Below are positions 56,272 to 59,021 of a DNA stretch of 59,021 nucleotides, one piece after another; within the stretch, counting starts at the first letter, position 1; each line of letters opens with the position of its first letter. Below the pieces are notes generated by a model that ran no database searches, was not told the DNA's origin, and worked only from the letters and a program-made list of their open reading frames with translations. The stretch spans positions 496,001 through 555,021 of the forward strand of contig MU006104.1 of assembly GCA_010093705.1 (NCBI GenBank). The letters are read 5' to 3'. The translations under genes were made by a program, and so were the position numbers. This stretch comes from Patellaria atrata CBS 101060. Taxonomy: Eukaryota.

Positions 56272-57504
56272 TTGGAAATGTGGACAACACAGCTCCTCCC
56301 TCTTCTAGGCGCTTTTTTAACCTTCGCACAAGTTGCATCAAGTGCACCCCTCCACACCTCAAGCCGATGGATCCTTGACTCCTCGAACCAGCGCGTGAAA
56401 CTCCGCTGCGTGAACTGGGCCGGACACATGGAAGCCAATATTCCCGAAGGTCTGCAGCACCAATCCGCCTCGACCACCGCCAGCTGGATCAGCAGTAACG
56501 GCTTCAACTGCGTCCGCCTAACGTACAGTATTGATATGGCGCTGAATCCTTCCCAGTCGATCAGCTCCTCCTTCAGTGCGGCAGCTAGTCCGGCCGGCGT
56601 CAGTAGCTCGCAAATGACGAGCTTGTACAACTCTGTGGTGAGCAAGAACAGCTGGGCAAGTTCGAGCACAACCCAAGGGGCATTTTCGAAGGTTATCGAT
56701 GAGTTGGGCGCCAAAGGGGTCATGGTAATCCTTGATAATCATGTTTCCCGCGCGTCTTGGTGTTGTGGAGGAAGCGATGGAAACGGGTGGTGGGATGCGG
56801 CCTCTGGATACAATGCGGACAACTCGCGCTATTTTAACACCCAGAACTGGTTAAAGGGACTCGGTGCGATGGCATCATTCGCGGCACAAAAGCCTAATGT
56901 TGTGGGGATGAGCCTTAGGAACGAACTCAGAGCTTCCGGGAACCAAGACAAGAATAACCACGCGGATTGGTATAATTATGTAACGCAAGGCGCGAAAGCA
57001 ATCCACAATGCGAACCAGGACCTCCTTGTTGTGATCGGAGGGACCAACTACGCGTCAGACCTAGGCTATCTGTACAACAAGCCGTTCGACCGTAAACCAT
57101 TCGGCGATAAAATCGTATGGGAGTTCCATTCCTACGCATGGACGCTTGGTTCCGGGACAACCTCCAACTGTGATAGTTATAAGAAAGTTCTTGGCGACAA
57201 AGCTGGATACCTTCTAACTCAAAATAAGGACTTCACTGGTCCACTTTGGCTTTCTGAATTCGGTTGGGCCCAGCAGAATACGCCCTCCGACGAGCAAGCT
57301 TATTTGAAGTGCTTGGTCCAGTATATGGAGAATAACGATGCTGAATGGGCGTATTGGGCGCTCCAAGGAGATTACTATGTTAGAGATAAGACTATCAATA
57401 AGGATGAATCGTATGGACTACTTAACAAGGATTGGTCTGGATGGCGGAACAGTAATTTTAAGAGTCAGATTGGGCGGATGATGGATATGACACAGGGGCC
57501 GTAG
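56272..57504 (+). CDS. Secreted GH5 glycoside hydrolase, probably subfamily GH5_16 (endo-beta-1,6-galactanase-like)
   Basis: Signal peptide, RWILDSSNQRVKLRCVNWAGHMEANIPEGL, DNHVSRASWCC, SLRNELR (acid/base), WLSEFG (nucleophile), WAYWALQGDYY. The subfamily call is from motif recognition only. Confidence 0.85.
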   Translation: MEMWTTQLLPLLGAFLTFAQVASSAPLHTSSRWILDSSNQRVKLRCVNWAGHMEANIPEGLQHQSASTTASWISSNGFNCVRLTYSIDMALNPSQSISSSFSAAASPAGVSSSQMTSLYNSVVSKNSWASSSTTQGAFSKVIDELGAKGVMVILDNHVSRASWCCGGSDGNGWWDAASGYNADNSRYFNTQNWLKGLGAMASFAAQKPNVVGMSLRNELRASGNQDKNNHADWYNYVTQGAKAIHNANQDLLVVIGGTNYASDLGYLYNKPFDRKPFGDKIVWEFHSYAWTLGSGTTSNCDSYKKVLGDKAGYLLTQNKDFTGPLWLSEFGWAQQNTPSDEQAYLKCLVQYMENNDAEWAYWALQGDYYVRDKTINKDESYGLLNKDWSGWRNSNFKSQIGRMMDMTQGP

Positions 57505-57678
57505 AATGTATCGGCGAGAAATGTAAATAAGAGTATTTGAGGAAGATAACGGCACTATTCCATTACACTAGCTAGTTGAATCAATGATATGATATATGTT
57601 CTCTCTCCTTCCAGTCACGAATCCAAGCTACTCTACGTCTACTCATTGGTAGTGTTTACTTTTTACTATACCGTGAGA

Positions 57679-57815
57679 AACGACCTGACTGTACAACATG
57701 ATTTGACTGTATTAAATGATTTGACTGTACAAAATGATTTGACTGTACAGAATGATTTGCCTGTACAAAATTATTTGACTCTACAAAATGACTTGACTAT
57801 ACAGAATGACTTGAC
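57679..57815 (+). repeat. 18-bp minisatellite, ~7.6 copies (consensus AATGATTTGACTGTACAA)
   Basis: Units read directly from the sequence. They lie in frame in the 85-aa ORF 57589-57846 as NDLTVQ repeats. Confidence 0.9.
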
Positions 57816-58250
57816 GGAGGATTTTAAGTTTTGGAGAAGATATTGATTTATTGATGCATAAGACATGCTTACGATCCCCTGCAGGTATAGCAAGCATGCA
57901 TCAACTGATATATGATAGATCCATGGAAGGGGGAACTTGCAGCTTCCTCGATGAGAGCGTTCTTCTTCAATCGTCGATTCAAAAAAAAAATTGTATACTT
58001 CGACTATCCAAGAGAAAAGACGGAAATCGATTGGACATATAAGACAAAGAAAATCCGACTGTCGATCTTCCTTTGCATAGCATAACGTTTGCGCTGCACA
58101 TACGTAGGAGCCATATGCGGCCATGACAAAGAAATGGTCATGATTTTGTTAAGCGCAAGCATTTGCCAGCAATGCTGTCGACTAGGGTATCCATAATAGT
58201 CGATCCTCCTAGAATTTTGAGTTGGTGAAATCTTAAACCCATGCGCAACG

Positions 58251-58877
58251 ATGTGTTATCATAAACTCTATATCTTTGATTGTGGGCACTCACTCTTTCA
58301 CCACGTCTGCGTTCTTCCAGCTCCCCCACGACCTCCTCGAGTCCCCCAAACTCCCAGAACTCCAAAGACACCCAAGTCCCCCAGATCGATTGCGTCACCC
58401 ATAAGTGTCATGAGTCCTGTGAAAATATCCACTCCACCCCAAACCCCGCGAAATCAACCTTACTCCGAGAAGTGTGATCCTCAAGCTCACCCCTTTCTCT
58501 CACGCAAGATAGACAAGTTATGCCTAGTCTGCGCTAGAACAAGAGACGAACTTCTCAAAAAGATGGGGACAAGCGAGATCAAGTTCGAGGAGTGGAAGTG
58601 GCGCGTCATGTATGGGAACCCTGAGGCGGAGGCTGGAGCGTGGAGGCATTGGGGGAAGCCGAGAGTGGATGTTAAGGCGAAGTGGGAGGAGAGACAGAGG
58701 GTGGAGGCGGCGAGAGCGAGGGAAACGAGCAGTGTCGGGAACGTTACGGCGGAGAGGGAAACAGGACGGTCGATGGAGCGGACGCCGGAGCGGACGATGA
58801 CTGATGGTGGTGAGAGGATATCGCTTGGTGAGATGCATGCAGCTCTTGGAGCAAGGGTAGAATCTGCTTATCGATAA
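58251..58877 (+). CDS. Hypothetical protein with N-terminal MC...CGH putative zinc-binding motif and Pro-rich PxTP repeats
   Basis: 208-aa ORF MCYHKLYIFDCGHS...C...H...LCLVC, a pattern common in Pezizomycotina hypothetical proteins. Confidence 0.7.
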   Translation: MCYHKLYIFDCGHSLFHHVCVLPAPPRPPRVPQTPRTPKTPKSPRSIASPISVMSPVKISTPPQTPRNQPYSEKCDPQAHPFLSRKIDKLCLVCARTRDELLKKMGTSEIKFEEWKWRVMYGNPEAEAGAWRHWGKPRVDVKAKWEERQRVEAARARETSSVGNVTAERETGRSMERTPERTMTDGGERISLGEMHAALGARVESAYR

Positions 58878-59021
58878 GGTGGAGAAGACCCTTTCGATGT
58901 CATAGCTTCATCAGCTTCTCCACATCCAGTGTGGCCAATAATACTTTAGTATTAGATACTATCGAATACGGATTAGTATTGTATCGGATCGATATCGATA
59001 AATACCTTAATAATACCTTAA

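Noticed and set aside
57679..57815. Regularly spaced short repeats suggestive of a CRISPR array
   Set aside because: The units are head-to-tail with no unique spacers, the context is eukaryotic, and there are no cas genes.

Overview
Gene-dense 59 kb window of a filamentous ascomycete (Pezizomycotina) nuclear genome, with short GT-AG introns and CTRAC-type branch points. It holds about 29 protein-coding loci. These include a PEBP, an ANCHR/ZFYVE19-like B-box protein, a GH3 beta-glucosidase, a PWI/SR protein, an FAHD1-like enzyme, eIF4A, an F-box/JmjC protein, a small Cys-rich secreted protein, peflin, a DHA2 MFS pump, TVP38, an RCR-family protein, alanyl-tRNA synthetase, a GH114 and several hypotheticals. 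Most notable items: (1) an unannotated ~160-nt minus-strand element at 41201-41363 with TATA, tRNA-type A/B boxes, a T7 terminator and four GC-rich hairpins (one cUUCGg), a candidate novel Pol III ncRNA or tRNA-derived SINE; (2) a contiguous Zn2Cys6 TF + lactose-permease-like MFS + GH2 beta-galactosidase + secreted GH5_16-like galactanase cluster; (3) a MutL (MLH2/PMS1-type) gene disabled by three frameshifts and five in-frame stops; (4) a peflin last intron that reads through as an alternative C-terminus; (5) a protein with 11 tandem R-K-x-S motifs at a mostly 11-aa period. Exon boundaries were read by eye and are approximate. No database searches were run.
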